A DNA stretch of 59,222 bases. Source: Halocafeteria seosinensis (Eukaryota). The stretch spans positions 1 through 59,222 of the forward strand of contig LVLI01000720.1 of assembly GCA_001687465.1 (NCBI GenBank), written 5' to 3'. Under the pieces are notes generated by a model that did not search any database, was not told where the DNA came from, and saw only the letters and a program-made list of their open reading frames with translations. This document shows, piece by piece, positions 1 through 10,800 of the stretch; positions within the stretch are counted from its first letter, which is position 1; the number at the start of each line of letters is the position of its first letter. A program made the translations under genes and the position numbers.

Positions 1-140
1 GAGGTGTGTCCAGTGTTTCGTCAAGAGCTGAAGAATACAATGTAGCCTATGATAATCTTGAGGAGCTGAGTAGGGCAGCTGTGAAAGCGACTCAGGCTGA
101 GCCCCTGAGGTAGATCTCGACGAGAGGGACCTGCGAAGCC

Positions 141-709
141 TTATGCGCTTGCTAAGGAAGGAAAGTTGAGTCGAAAGCGAACGCCGAAAACTGTAAATCC
201 TTCTCGCCCTTGGGAAGCAGTTTGATGAAAGACTTGTGCATCCCTTGAGTTTGCTTCTTTGGAGGCTGAGGATGAGCCTGTCTTATGGAGGAAGACGCCC
301 AGTATAACACTTTTTTTTAGGCTCCATATCAGTATCGACAGTGACTTATGCGTGTCTGCAAGCCGGAGAAACACTTGGGACACTTTGGAGAGCTCTCAAC
401 ACGCTATTCCAAGTACAAGTAGTGGCTGCTGCTCCAGCTTTCTGAAAGTATCGGACGGAGACAAATATATCCCCCATGCTGTATAGTGTATCAGGGTCCT
501 GTGGTTCCAACCTCAACGCTTTGTCCATACTCTCTCTGGCAAGACCTAATTTCCCTCGAAGTCGTTGTACTTCCGCTTTCTTTAAAGAAAGAATCTTTTT
601 CCATTGGAAGCCGTATGGCTTCATCATACTCTGATATGGCGTCTACAAGTTTGTACTGTTTCTGCTTACAGCTAGCTAGCATTGACGCAGGCCCATTACG
701 GTCCCACAC
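141..709 (-). pseudogene. Decayed TPR-repeat gene fragment, frameshifted
   Basis: TPR-like peptides are spread over three minus-strand frames: ASCKQKQYKLVDAISEYDEAIRL (ORF 491-709), KKAEVQRLRGKLGLARESMDKALRLEPQDPDTLYSMGDIFV (346-627) and SQVFLRLADTHKSL (141-383). I found no intron signals that reconcile the frame switches. Confidence 0.45.
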
Positions 710-1407
710 CTTTGCCCATGGTACTCCGAGGATACCTTGGCCTCGCCGTACAGTACCAACAGTATCTCACTTTACTGTACAACATGTTTAGTACTTTACT
801 TTATATGTTTAGTAGCTAAGATTCGAAGATTGCTGGTGTATCAGTGGTCGGGGTTGCTCCCATACCACGCCGATTGGGGAAAGCGTCGGGATAGAGGTCT
901 TCCTTGATATTTCGACGAAGACGCTTTGGTCAGTGCCCAGTTCCGGCTAATTGTGGCTTCCTTCGGAGTACTGTACAGTCTGGGCTTTCGCTAACGCTTT
1001 ACTAGACAAGATATCTCCCAAAGGCAATCCCTCCTTCAAGGGTGGGTGCGTCGACTACCGTACAACGTGGCGTGTATGTGTGTCTCGTTTACCTTGTTTT
1101 TCTCCCCGGATCATCTTCATTATGACTTCCACACTGGTACCCTCTGGTACTACCAAACGAAGCGTGACGAGCGGATCTACTACCAAACAATCATTCCGTC
1201 GACATGAATCATGATTGATGGTCTACAGTATCTACCCCCCGCGTTGGCGTTGCCATTCATCACGTAGGGTTGAGAGACAGATGATGTGGGGAAGCAGTAG
1301 GAACCAGGGAGATGGCCTACTTCCTTCCTGGCGTCGCCGGATGGAGCTACCAATCTTCCCGGCTACTTGTAGCTGGCTTGTGGGGGACCTTCACAACATG
1401 GTGATGG

Positions 1408-1580
1408 GTGCTCGACAATGCACAAGAATACTGTCCTGTCCTGTCCTGTAGACCGAGTGGGGTGGTTGAACCGATGCAATCCAGGCATGCAACAACACAA
1501 AAAAAGACGTACGGTATTGGCTGGCTAGACAATTACAGTACAATACAGCCTGAGAAATCCGTCTGGTCTCCCAAGAAAGA
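1408..1580 (+). mobile_element. Possible remnant of an IS630/Tc1/mariner (DDE_3-like) transposase catalytic region
   Basis: Translation VLDNAQEY...GIGWLDNYSTIQPEKSVWSPKK loosely resembles the VLDNAxxH...YSPDLNPIExVWxxLK pattern. It is interrupted by a (CTGTC)n microsatellite. No terminal inverted repeats were found. Confidence 0.2.
1431..1449 (+). repeat. (CTGTC)3.8 microsatellite
   Basis: ctgtcctgtcctgtcctgt. Confidence 0.8.
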
Positions 1581-1879
1581 ATACAGTATGTATGTACAGT
1601 ATTCAACTCCCTTCTTGGAAGGACTGTACTTGTACAAATACTCTATTCCGGGTCTTTAGATCTCCATGTGGCCTGCAAGCAATTTGGATGGGGGGTGTGC
1701 TGGTGGTGAGGTGAGCATCCCATCAAAGGTGTTTACATCGAACCATGAACCATGATGAACGGACCGATTCATGCACTGGCTCGGTGATATGATATCTATG
1801 ATGAAGGGGGTAGAACAGTTGGCTAGATACCTACGTGTCCGTGTTGCGAAGCACACTTTTTTTTTTTTTTTTTTTGCAG

Positions 1880-3622
1880 ACCGAAAGAGACACCCTTATT
1901 TTGCGGGAAATTCCTTCGGATACACCAAAAGAAAGAATAGAAACTCTGTTCACCGAAAGCGGCTCTGATAAACCAGTTGATATTCGAACAGATATAGGTG
2001 ACACATGGTTCGTTCGAATGGAAAGCGAGCAAGCTGCTGTCAAGGCATTCAGCAATCTGCGTTCCCAAAAGTTTGAAGGAAAGCCCGTAAAAGCTCGTCT
2101 GAAATCGGAGAACCCACTTAGAAAACTTCTCGGAGCAGCGTCGGCTCCGTCACGCCAAACCACTCAGACTGGGCAGAGGTTAGTTGATGGATTGGCCTAG
2201 CTTAGTGGCTTTTAGTGTCTCAGACTATAAGTAATATGCTGTGCTTGCAGTGCGATGAATCCCAATAGCCCGGAAATGTATCCGGGAATGAGCAACCAAC
2301 AAAGCTTCATAAATCCGGATGGCAGTCCTTTGATGACCGCCGGGGCATACACACCCATGATTGCGAATTATTTTGCTGCGACATCTCAGAGAAATCAGCC
2401 TGGGAAGTTTGGCGAATTCGTGCCGAGTAGTGCCCCTTCTGAGCGCAGCAACTCCACTGTTTCTGGCGGCCGAGAAAGACAAGACAGCGTGAATAGTCAA
2501 TCAAGCATTGGCGGTGCCAGTACATCGTCCCAAAGCTCATTTGGTTGGGACCCCATGTCCAATACTGAATTACCAGAAGGTCCTCCTCCGCCCGCTGGTT
2601 ATGCTAAGGAATTCATTAAGTATCAGAGTGATGATATCTTGAGAATAGTCAAAGCTATACCTAGAAATCGGCTAGCCAGACCGGAGTCTATGGACCCAAA
2701 GAAGCATAGTCGTGCGGTACTCAGCGAGCCTAACACTCAGTTGATCCAGAAACAACGTACGTGGTCCATGGAGAATGGACTACAACAAGGTCGGCCTCGT
2801 ATCGACTCTACCGATTCATTGGATAGTGTCAATAGCACCGATTATAGTTCGATGATGTACGGAGAGGATCGTCAACACAAACGGAAGGGCAGAAAGGCTC
2901 AGGATAGCAATGAGTCTTGGACCAACACTGACGGAGGTAATCGTCAAGGAAAGAGCAGGTCAAATTCTGGGTATGCTGCTTTCTCTGGCAAAGAGAAGAA
3001 GGAGTTCAAAGGGAGTAGTCAGTCTGCTAAGGACCAAAGGAAAGAGCATCGCACGAATCAGCCTAGCTCTGGTAGAAGCTCGACAGAGGCAGGCACTTCT
3101 AAGCCGCAAAGTAATTCCGCGAGTCCTGCGGAAAGTCAAGCAAATACATCAAGCGGCAGTGGTAAAGAAAATGGAAGTTCTGAAAGCAACTTATCTGCTA
3201 CTTCGTCGGCTTGGAAGCCCCAGGGTTACGCTGCCGCGCTTCTAGCTTCACCACCCCCCGCCCAAGCCTCCAGGGCTCCGCCCCAACAAGGAAGCACTGC
3301 AGGTACAGGCGGCACTCAGCACGACAACGCCCGAAGCTCTAATCAAGGAAGAGCTGAAGGATCTCCATGGGGGACCAAGAATTCGTTCGCAGACGTTGTC
3401 AAGCGTACTGACGATGTTTCAATTGCTGACAAGAGCAAGGCCCAGCAACATGCATCACAACCCCACAAGAAAATAAGCGAAGAGAATGGGAGCAAACCGG
3501 ATGGCAGTAATGAAAAAGGAGAAGCCGGTAGTTTCCGGGATTTTGGAGGTTTGACGGAAGGTGAGAACAAAGGTCGTGTAGCATTCTCTTCTCGGAAACG
3601 AGGTGGTCGAGCGGACAGATAA
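1880..3622 (+). CDS. LARP4: La-related protein, LARP4-like RRM plus disordered tail. 5'-incomplete. Exons 1880-2178 and 2251-3622.
   Basis: TLILREIPSDTPKERIETLF...TWFVRMESEQAAVKAF...KFEGKPVKARLKSE matches the LARP4-type RRM pattern. A T19-GCAG acceptor sits at 1857-1879. Intron 2179-2250 (GTTAGT..GCAG) joins the two ORFs in frame. Confidence 0.75.
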
Positions 3623-3738
3623 ATGTTTGCCTCGTGGATCTACTTCCAATTTTCCTTTTTATTCGCTAGTATGCACTGCAAAATATACGTAGCGAAGTGA
3701 TATGCACACGAAGGTTTCGTGTTGTCCACTTTTCTGTC

Positions 3739-4544
3739 TTAACTCTGCTTAGCCTTTAACAGCTGTTTCTTCCGTTGTTTCAGCATGTGCGAATACATGA
3801 TGTACGATCCGTAGGGATATACGCATGTCAAAGCTATGATAAGAAACAGATGATAGTTGAATGCAAAATTATACGTGTTAGGTAGTGCCATACTCCATAC
3901 ACGGTTTTGCTTAATATACTCCAAAGCAGCATAGATACACCAGCACTCTCCGGTAATCCCAGATGGATACAGGACGGCGAATAAGGTATATCTCAACCAC
4001 TTGAGAAGGAACAAGTTCATTCCCAGGGTGTTGCAAGCCAGATAAAGGTAGCGAGGAACCTCCACCGCGGACCAACTAATTGTCAGCAAGGTGAATGCAT
4101 ATCCCTGTATCCTAACACACGTACACGGTAAAAAGCAAGACCAAACAATTGAGAAGTCTACGTACATAACGACTAGGAGGAGCCTTCTCCACAATCCCAT
4201 AGAGCACGAACAACCTCGAAAAGACCTGAAGAGCCGTAGTCATGACACTCGAAGGTACTAAACCCATCAAACTGTGCAAGATTTCCATGGCAGCTGCCGT
4301 TTGGACGATTTTCAAGGGTTCTCCCACGACATCGTAGAGCGTCGAAATCCCATCCACTCCATGTTCCATAAAGTGCTTGGCAACGACAAACTGAACGTAC
4401 GCCCTGCGAAAACCGGACAGCAGAAAGTGGCAATAGAGACCCCAAATATAGCCGTATACGACATGCTGCGCCGGGAGGAACTCACCATCCAGCCGCCGAA
4501 GCCAAGTTGTAGGTGGTCAAGTATCCGGATCGAAGCATCCCCAT
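3739..4544 (-). CDS. HACD: Very-long-chain 3-hydroxyacyl-CoA dehydratase (PTPLA/HACD/PHS1/PAS2 family). 3 exons, introns 4404-4485 and ~4105-4165.
   Basis: Spliced protein reads MGMLRSGYLTTYNLASAAGW|AYV...VQTAAAMEILHSLMGLVPS...LQVFSRL...WLRYTLFAVLYPSGITGE, which includes the family catalytic Y/E motif. It ends in the KxKxx ER-retrieval signal KAKQS. Confidence 0.93.
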
Positions 4545-4647
4545 GGTCTTCAGTGGGTGTGAAACAAATGTGTTGTGTTGTGTTGTCGGACACAACAAAC
4601 ATCAAGTACATATGTTCAGTGATAATACGTATGACAGAAAAAGGGCC

Positions 4648-4657
4648 AAAAAAAAAA
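4648..4657 (-). terminator. RNA polymerase III T-run terminator for tRNA-Asp
   Basis: A10 on the plus strand equals T10 on the minus strand, about 9 nt past the tRNA 3' end. Confidence 0.75.
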
Positions 4658-4666
4658 GGTGAACCG

Positions 4667-4738
4667 CTCTCTGGCGGGGAGTCGAACCCCGGTCCCCCGC
4701 TCGACAGGCGGGAATACTAACCGCTATACTACCAGAGA
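4667..4738 (-). tRNA. trnD-GUC: tRNA-Asp (GUC), 72 nt, no intron
   Basis: Minus strand reads TCTCTGG TAGTATAGCGGTTAGTAT T CCCGC CTGTCGA GCGGG GGAC CGGGG TTCGACT CCCCG CCAGAGA G. Acceptor stem TCTCTGG/CCAGAGA, anticodon GTC, T-loop TTCGA, G discriminator. Confidence 0.97.
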
Positions 4739-5101
4739 AGTAGTACATGTTGGGAAGTTCGTACCTCGTCCTGGGCTCCTGCGATTACTTATAGTACTTC
4801 CTAGTGTCATTTCACATGCAGCATGCACATCGTGGACGATTGGTCGTTTCCATGAGGTTTCCCTCTATAGCTAGGTGTTGAGCTTCATTAGGTGGTTTCT
4901 GACCGATTCGAGGACGCACAAGTCCCCCCTGCCAAGTTGCCAAGTTGCAGTGCCAACTTGAACCTGAGATATTCACAAAATTTCACTGCTTACGTTATTA
5001 GACAGATACACATTTAGTTTGTTACCAAATTGACGTGTTTATGTATATAGAGTAGAGCGTGGGAGCATTTCGAGTTGCAAGTGGGGCCACTAGAGACAAA
5101 G

Positions 5102-7426
5102 ATGGCTTCGGGGATGATATTGGAACGTCGTTCCTCCCACATCAGTGTCTATCATGCTTATCCTGGGGAGGGGAAGAAGCAAGATGACGTGCTCGTTATC
5201 AAGCGTCGGCCGCCATTGTCGCCCTCAGATGATGTCATCCAATCTGTGGACTGCGCCGTGAGCAAAGGAACTTCATCCACTGAACCAATCTTGGAGCACT
5301 GCCAGATCTACGGTATCCTTGGGATATTTTCGTTGACCAAAGAGGCCTGTGTGGTGGCCATAACGGACTTCGATATAGTGTCCTCTGGTATCGGGGAAAT
5401 GTCAATCTATAGGGTGACAGAAGTGAAATCCTTTCTCGTTCCAGGGGCTGCTGCCAAAGGACCACCTGTACCGTCGTCCAGGGACAAACTTTACCTTAGA
5501 ATGATCGACGATGTCGTAGCTACAAAGAGTCTCTTTTTCGCTGAAAACTATGACATTACGCATACCCTGCAACGACAGGCGGCATTGGAACTCGTTGGGA
5601 AGGGCAAGCTCGGTGCTTCCGCTTCCCCACCGAGTGCGGCTTGCAACTTGAATTCGACGAAAGCGAAGGACCTAGATGACGACGCCAAATCAGCAGCGAA
5701 TCCGGTGTTGCCACTTGATTTGGAGCGTACTTCAGTGTTTGGAGGGAAAGATCGGGCTCTCACGTGGAACCGCTGCGATGTGCGCTTCGCTTGGAATCGC
5801 CACCTGGTGCAGCCTCTGTTGGCTGCCGCTGCACAGGAATTCGCAGTTTGTGTCGTAAACGGCTTTATCGAGCATAAGCAAAACGTCCCTGTCGTACTTG
5901 AAGGAGGTAAAAGACTTTCATTGGATCTCTTGCTCTTTAGCAGAAGGTCATGCCGACGCCAAGGTACTCGTTTCAACGTGCGAGGAATTGAAGATAGTGG
6001 AGACGTAGCAAATTTTGTTGAGACGGAACAAATTGTGATGCAGGACAATGGTACTGTCAGCTCATTTGTCCAGCTCCGTGGAAGCGTCCCCATTGTATGG
6101 TCCCAGCCTCCTACAATGAAATATACGCCCAAAATCCACGTGGGTGCGACAGATGCACAAAACCATTCACTGTTCAGGAAACACTTCGCTGAACAGTTTC
6201 AGAATTATGGGAATCTAATTGGCATCAATTTGATTGATCAAAAAGGCGATCAATTAACACTTGGGCGACAGTACCGCAAACATGCAGACCAGCTCTCCGA
6301 TAATCGCCTTTCGGTGGTTTGGTTTGATTTCCACAAGGAGTGTGCGAAGATGCGGTGGCACAATCTCGCAAAACTAGTCAGCCAAGTTCAGTCAGACGTC
6401 GATTCAATGGATCAATTTATTGCGCATATCCAAAAAGATACAGGGATGTTTTCTGTTACCAATTGGCAGAGCGGGGTTCTCCGTACAAACTGCGTTGACA
6501 ATCTTGATAGAACAAACGTAGTTCAGAGCCTGTTTGCGCGCAGGGCTGTGACAGCTAGCATCAGTGGTGCCCACGTTCCGGATGCGAAAAAAGGCGAGGA
6601 TGTGATGTGCTCACCGTATATCAATTTTGAATCGATTTTCAAGAACTTGTGGGGGGATAACGCAGATGCCTTATCGTTCTTGTATTCTGGAACGGGAGCC
6701 CTCAAGACGGATTTTACCAGAACTGGTAAACGAAGCATACAGGGCGCTCTTGCAGATGGGTGGAACAGTGTAAAGCGTTACGTTTTGAACAACATGTCTG
6801 ATGGGCGGACTCAGGATGCGTGGGATTATTTTCTTGGCCGTTTTTCTCCGGCGGTGGAAAATGGGGTACCGCCAGCAAACAGGAGTGCTGCAGAAGCGTC
6901 ATCGAAGTCCGAACCCTACTCCCCGAAGTCTACTCGGCTGACTCAGATCCGGTTGCCTCCTTTGGAAGCTGAGAAGCGTTACAAGCGAGAGCTAACCCCT
7001 CAGCGATTCTTGAATGGCTCTATTTTGGTGTTTACCATCTTAGGTACACTGCTCTCGTCCGTCACATCGTCCATGTTGATGCATTCTACGGGGGATGATG
7101 GGTATCCTGGCTTTCTAAGTTACTCAATTTCGTTGCTTTGGGCAAATCCTTTGACGAATTCGCTGCTTGGTTCAAACCCACCACCGGCCTCCTACCAGAG
7201 CCAATGGGTACGGGAAGCGTTCGTTGGCTTCACCACTGCCGCAGTAATGTTCTCTGGGGTCGCGATTTGGCTTGCACGCACGGGCAAACCAGGCCTAGTG
7301 TCTCGTCTACTGGTTTCGCGGCCGCATTTTATCCAGCATGATCTGGTAAAATCGCAGCGAGGTACTGCTCCTTCCGATAAGGCCGAAAGGGTTCCTGTGA
7401 ACACAACTAAAGGGAATGTAGAGTAA
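5102..7426 (+). CDS. SAC1: SAC1 phosphoinositide (PI4P) phosphatase, single exon, with C-terminal transmembrane segments
   Basis: Motifs YDITHTLQR, RFAWN, SRRS..RQGTRFNVRG, VANFVETEQ, SFVQLRGSVP, FDFHKEC, catalytic RTNCVDNLDRTN and YSGTGALKTDFTRTGKR. Two hydrophobic segments lie near the C-terminus. Confidence 0.95.
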   Translation: MASGMILERRSSHISVYHAYPGEGKKQDDVLVIKRRPPLSPSDDVIQSVDCAVSKGTSSTEPILEHCQIYGILGIFSLTKEACVVAITDFDIVSSGIGEMSIYRVTEVKSFLVPGAAAKGPPVPSSRDKLYLRMIDDVVATKSLFFAENYDITHTLQRQAALELVGKGKLGASASPPSAACNLNSTKAKDLDDDAKSAANPVLPLDLERTSVFGGKDRALTWNRCDVRFAWNRHLVQPLLAAAAQEFAVCVVNGFIEHKQNVPVVLEGGKRLSLDLLLFSRRSCRRQGTRFNVRGIEDSGDVANFVETEQIVMQDNGTVSSFVQLRGSVPIVWSQPPTMKYTPKIHVGATDAQNHSLFRKHFAEQFQNYGNLIGINLIDQKGDQLTLGRQYRKHADQLSDNRLSVVWFDFHKECAKMRWHNLAKLVSQVQSDVDSMDQFIAHIQKDTGMFSVTNWQSGVLRTNCVDNLDRTNVVQSLFARRAVTASISGAHVPDAKKGEDVMCSPYINFESIFKNLWGDNADALSFLYSGTGALKTDFTRTGKRSIQGALADGWNSVKRYVLNNMSDGRTQDAWDYFLGRFSPAVENGVPPANRSAAEASSKSEPYSPKSTRLTQIRLPPLEAEKRYKRELTPQRFLNGSILVFTILGTLLSSVTSSMLMHSTGDDGYPGFLSYSISLLWANPLTNSLLGSNPPPASYQSQWVREAFVGFTTAAVMFSGVAIWLARTGKPGLVSRLLVSRPHFIQHDLVKSQRGTAPSDKAERVPVNTTKGNVE

Positions 7427-7819
7427 ATCCCTTAGCATACGTGGACAGTTTTTGTCTGTTTGATTGTTTTCGTTACAGCCATTCATTTCAATGTAACAGT
7501 GCTCCTTACCCAACTCAGAAGCATATCATGTTCACGTCCCATATTTGAACGGATTCATACGTCGTGCTCATTGGCCCAACCAGAAGAGTGCAGTTCCCCT
7601 AGGCAAACGAATATCAAACGGTAGTCGTAGCATGACTTGACAACACTTGTTACACTTCGTGTTTCTCGGGTGAACATGTCAATCAAAACTTGCACCTGTA
7701 TTCAAATCAGCCGGGTCCAAAACACACCGCTGATGCGGCACGTAAATATATTTCATATCGATTGATGAGTATATTGAACTCGTCGCTTTGTTTCGGAATA
7801 TAAAACTGGAAACGGAGCA

Positions 7820-10800
7820 ATGAAAAGTGCCTCATCGGACGAAGAAGAGGAGGAAGACCTTGGCAAACGCTCTTCCTCCTCCCATTCCCGAGGACGGAGA
7901 CGCCCATTAACCTCCAGTATACTGTCCTCTACAACTGGTTCGACTGCCTCAAGCCGTTCGTCATTGGCCTCTTCGACTGCTAAAACTAAGCAGGTCCGGT
8001 TCGATAGTAGCAGTACGAACGAAAGCGCAGCAAAAAGTCAACAGCGCCCCAGTCTTCAACGACAACGAGGAAGCTCTTCTGCTGATTCCCCAGTCGATAC
8101 AAGTGCACAGCGTGATAAGGACAAGGAGGATGACGAAACATCGGAGCTCAATGTGACATGTGAGTTGCCGCCTAAATCCTGTGTAAGAGAGCACATTTAC
8201 CTTGCCGTTTTTGAATCTGTGAATGTCCAGTACATGCCATTAAAGGTTGGAAACGCAAGGCTACTCGTACGTGTTGAAGAGATGATGTTTGATTGATGTT
8301 GTTACATCGCCTTGTGCAAATTGGTTTGTCGGACCAACAATCATGTGTGACCGCAGAAAGGAGCTATCCGGGAATACTCGCACGCATCTCGCTCGTGGAA
8401 GGGACGACGAGTGGAGCCACAGGCGGTGGCGATAGTAAAGTGGGCGAAAGCAAGGATGAGGATGAAGGCAAGGAGGAAACTAAGAGAAATGTTGCTGAGA
8501 GAGAAAAAACTGTTGAATCCCAGTATACGTCTGTCCGACGTATTCCGTCCACCGGGCGTGAGGGTGATACCATTGCTTTTGATTCAAACCCATTGGGATT
8601 GTGAGTTATATATAGTAGCGTGCCTGGCTTACTCTTTCGCTTTATTTATAGTTCCTCCTGTTTTTCTTTTCTTCCAGCAAAACCCGGATCCTCCATGCAA
8701 GAATGCAATCGCTACAAGTCAAGCTGGAGGTGCTGCTCTCAAAGCGAATCGAAGCTAGAGGCAGCACTGTGAAAGACTCGGAAATTAGCCAGCCAATTGC
8801 AGTTTTACGGTTATCACTGGGAAAGTATGCCACGATCGAATCGGATGAGTTGGTTAAAGAACGGTGGGAACAATGTCAGGATGGGAGTGGCGCTTCACTC
8901 CGTATTTCGCTGTCTAGGAGCCAGCGTCAACGCTCGAAGACTAGCCACGGAACATTGACTGAAGCGACGAATACTATTCAGTCTGACGGGAAAGAAGGTC
9001 TTGATAATGGGACAGAAAAACGATCGGAAACGGTGGGTGGTGCTTCAAAGAGTGAAAAGGCTGCCAGTTTAGAAGAGGCCTATGAAATTCTGTCACGGCA
9101 ACAGCGGGAAGACGCTAAAGCTGCATACGCGTCGTTTTCCCCCAAGCCTCTTCGATGTGCTCGTCTCGGTACTGTCCTCAGAGGAATGAAATCAGAATTC
9201 GGAATGACAGATGTAAAACAAGCGATAAAGGAACTAGGTCTTAATCTTTCCGACGAGATTTCCGAATCACAGCTGCTTGTTATTGTGGCGACACTGGAAA
9301 AGATGAAGTCACCTCCAACCACATTATCCCAAGATACGAAGCCGTCTACTACTGCTGCGTTTGCTAGGGCTTCAAAGACGCAGCAGTCTCTGACTAAAGC
9401 GGCATACACTTCTCACACGTCTACTGTGACGGCTGATGACAAAACGGCTGTTTCCACGCACGCTGTTGCCACTGCTTCAGGATCGTGGAAAGATGAGGAG
9501 TGGGCTCGGCACCTTGGACAGGACTGGATAGATGGCATTGAGTCTGCGTTTCAAATGTATGCTGCCATGGAGAATGGACGACATATCCTCCCACTCAAAC
9601 GACTGCCGAATGCCTGTAGAAAGTTACGTCTGTCCCTGAACTCTGCCGAATTCCGTGAATGGCGAAGTCTCACAGGTGTACACATGGACGATTCCTTGAC
9701 AATAATTGAGTTTGGCCATGCCGTCGATTACTTCTTGTCCCTGAGAAAAATTTCTTCCCCTCTCCCGGTGCGCGATCGCATATATGAAGCTCCTGAAGCG
9801 AACCAGGCATCGCGCAGAGTATCCACGACAGAGTATCCAGAATTGTTAGCGAACGTCCCGTGGAGCTATCCTGACTCTACGTCTTCAAGAGCAGCTTACT
9901 TATTCGCCCAGTACGCTTCGTCGTGGGAGGGTCTCAGTGGTGACAGCTCTGCTGACCAGCTGGCGACGCCTCGTTACGAAGGCTCCATCACTCACAAGAC
10001 GGTTTTAAACAGACTCTGCTCGGGGAAGTCTAATAAACAAATAGATATGCTAATGAAATTAAGTGATGAATGGATTTCGCAGGCGAAAGAAACAGCTAAA
10101 CAGTACCTTAATTCGAGCGAGCAGGAAAAGGGACAGTGGAAGTTTGCTCCCGGCCAAATTAGGTGTGATCAACTCCCCCAGCTGCTACACAGTGTGGGAA
10201 GACGCGAGGGTAACCAACGTGATGAGCATGCCTATACTACATTGAAAGAAGAAATAGCCAGGAAGCTGCGAAGCAACTATGATGAACTGCACCGGGTGAC
10301 TGTTTCGTTCCTCGAGTTCTTAACTGCCTTCGGATACGTAGTTGACGACGCGGATATGAAAGAAGGGATCACAGTCGAGATGGCCTGCAACTACTTAGCC
10401 CTGCACCAAGGCTCCAGCAAGGCGAAAGTAGCTATTGAAACGCAACTCGAGTACCTCACCCGCGTTTTGGATAATCCGAGCACTCCTGCACAGTGGGTAA
10501 TACCGGAGAATGACTCCATCTTCATCGAGAGACTAGGAGGTATTCAGGGTGGTACTCTTCTCTTACACGCCTGTTACTTCAATTTTTTCCTGCGCGGCGA
10601 ATATGCCTTCTATGGGCCTTCCATGGCATTTAACGAGAAGGGAGAAGCGAAGAGTTCTCTCAACGAGGAGGATAGGGTTCTGTTACGGGCCTCGCGCAAC
10701 ACATGTGAACAGCAGTTGACAATGCTCGACGATGGATGTCCTCCAGTTAGCGAGGCCATTCGAATTGCGTACAACCGCTCTGTTGAACGCGGAGGTAATG

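Noticed and set aside
1..169. Possible 3' end of a plus-strand gene (EEYNVAYDNLEELSRAA / DLDERDLRSLMRLLRKES*)
   Set aside because: Short, needs a frameshift, and has no recognisable family.
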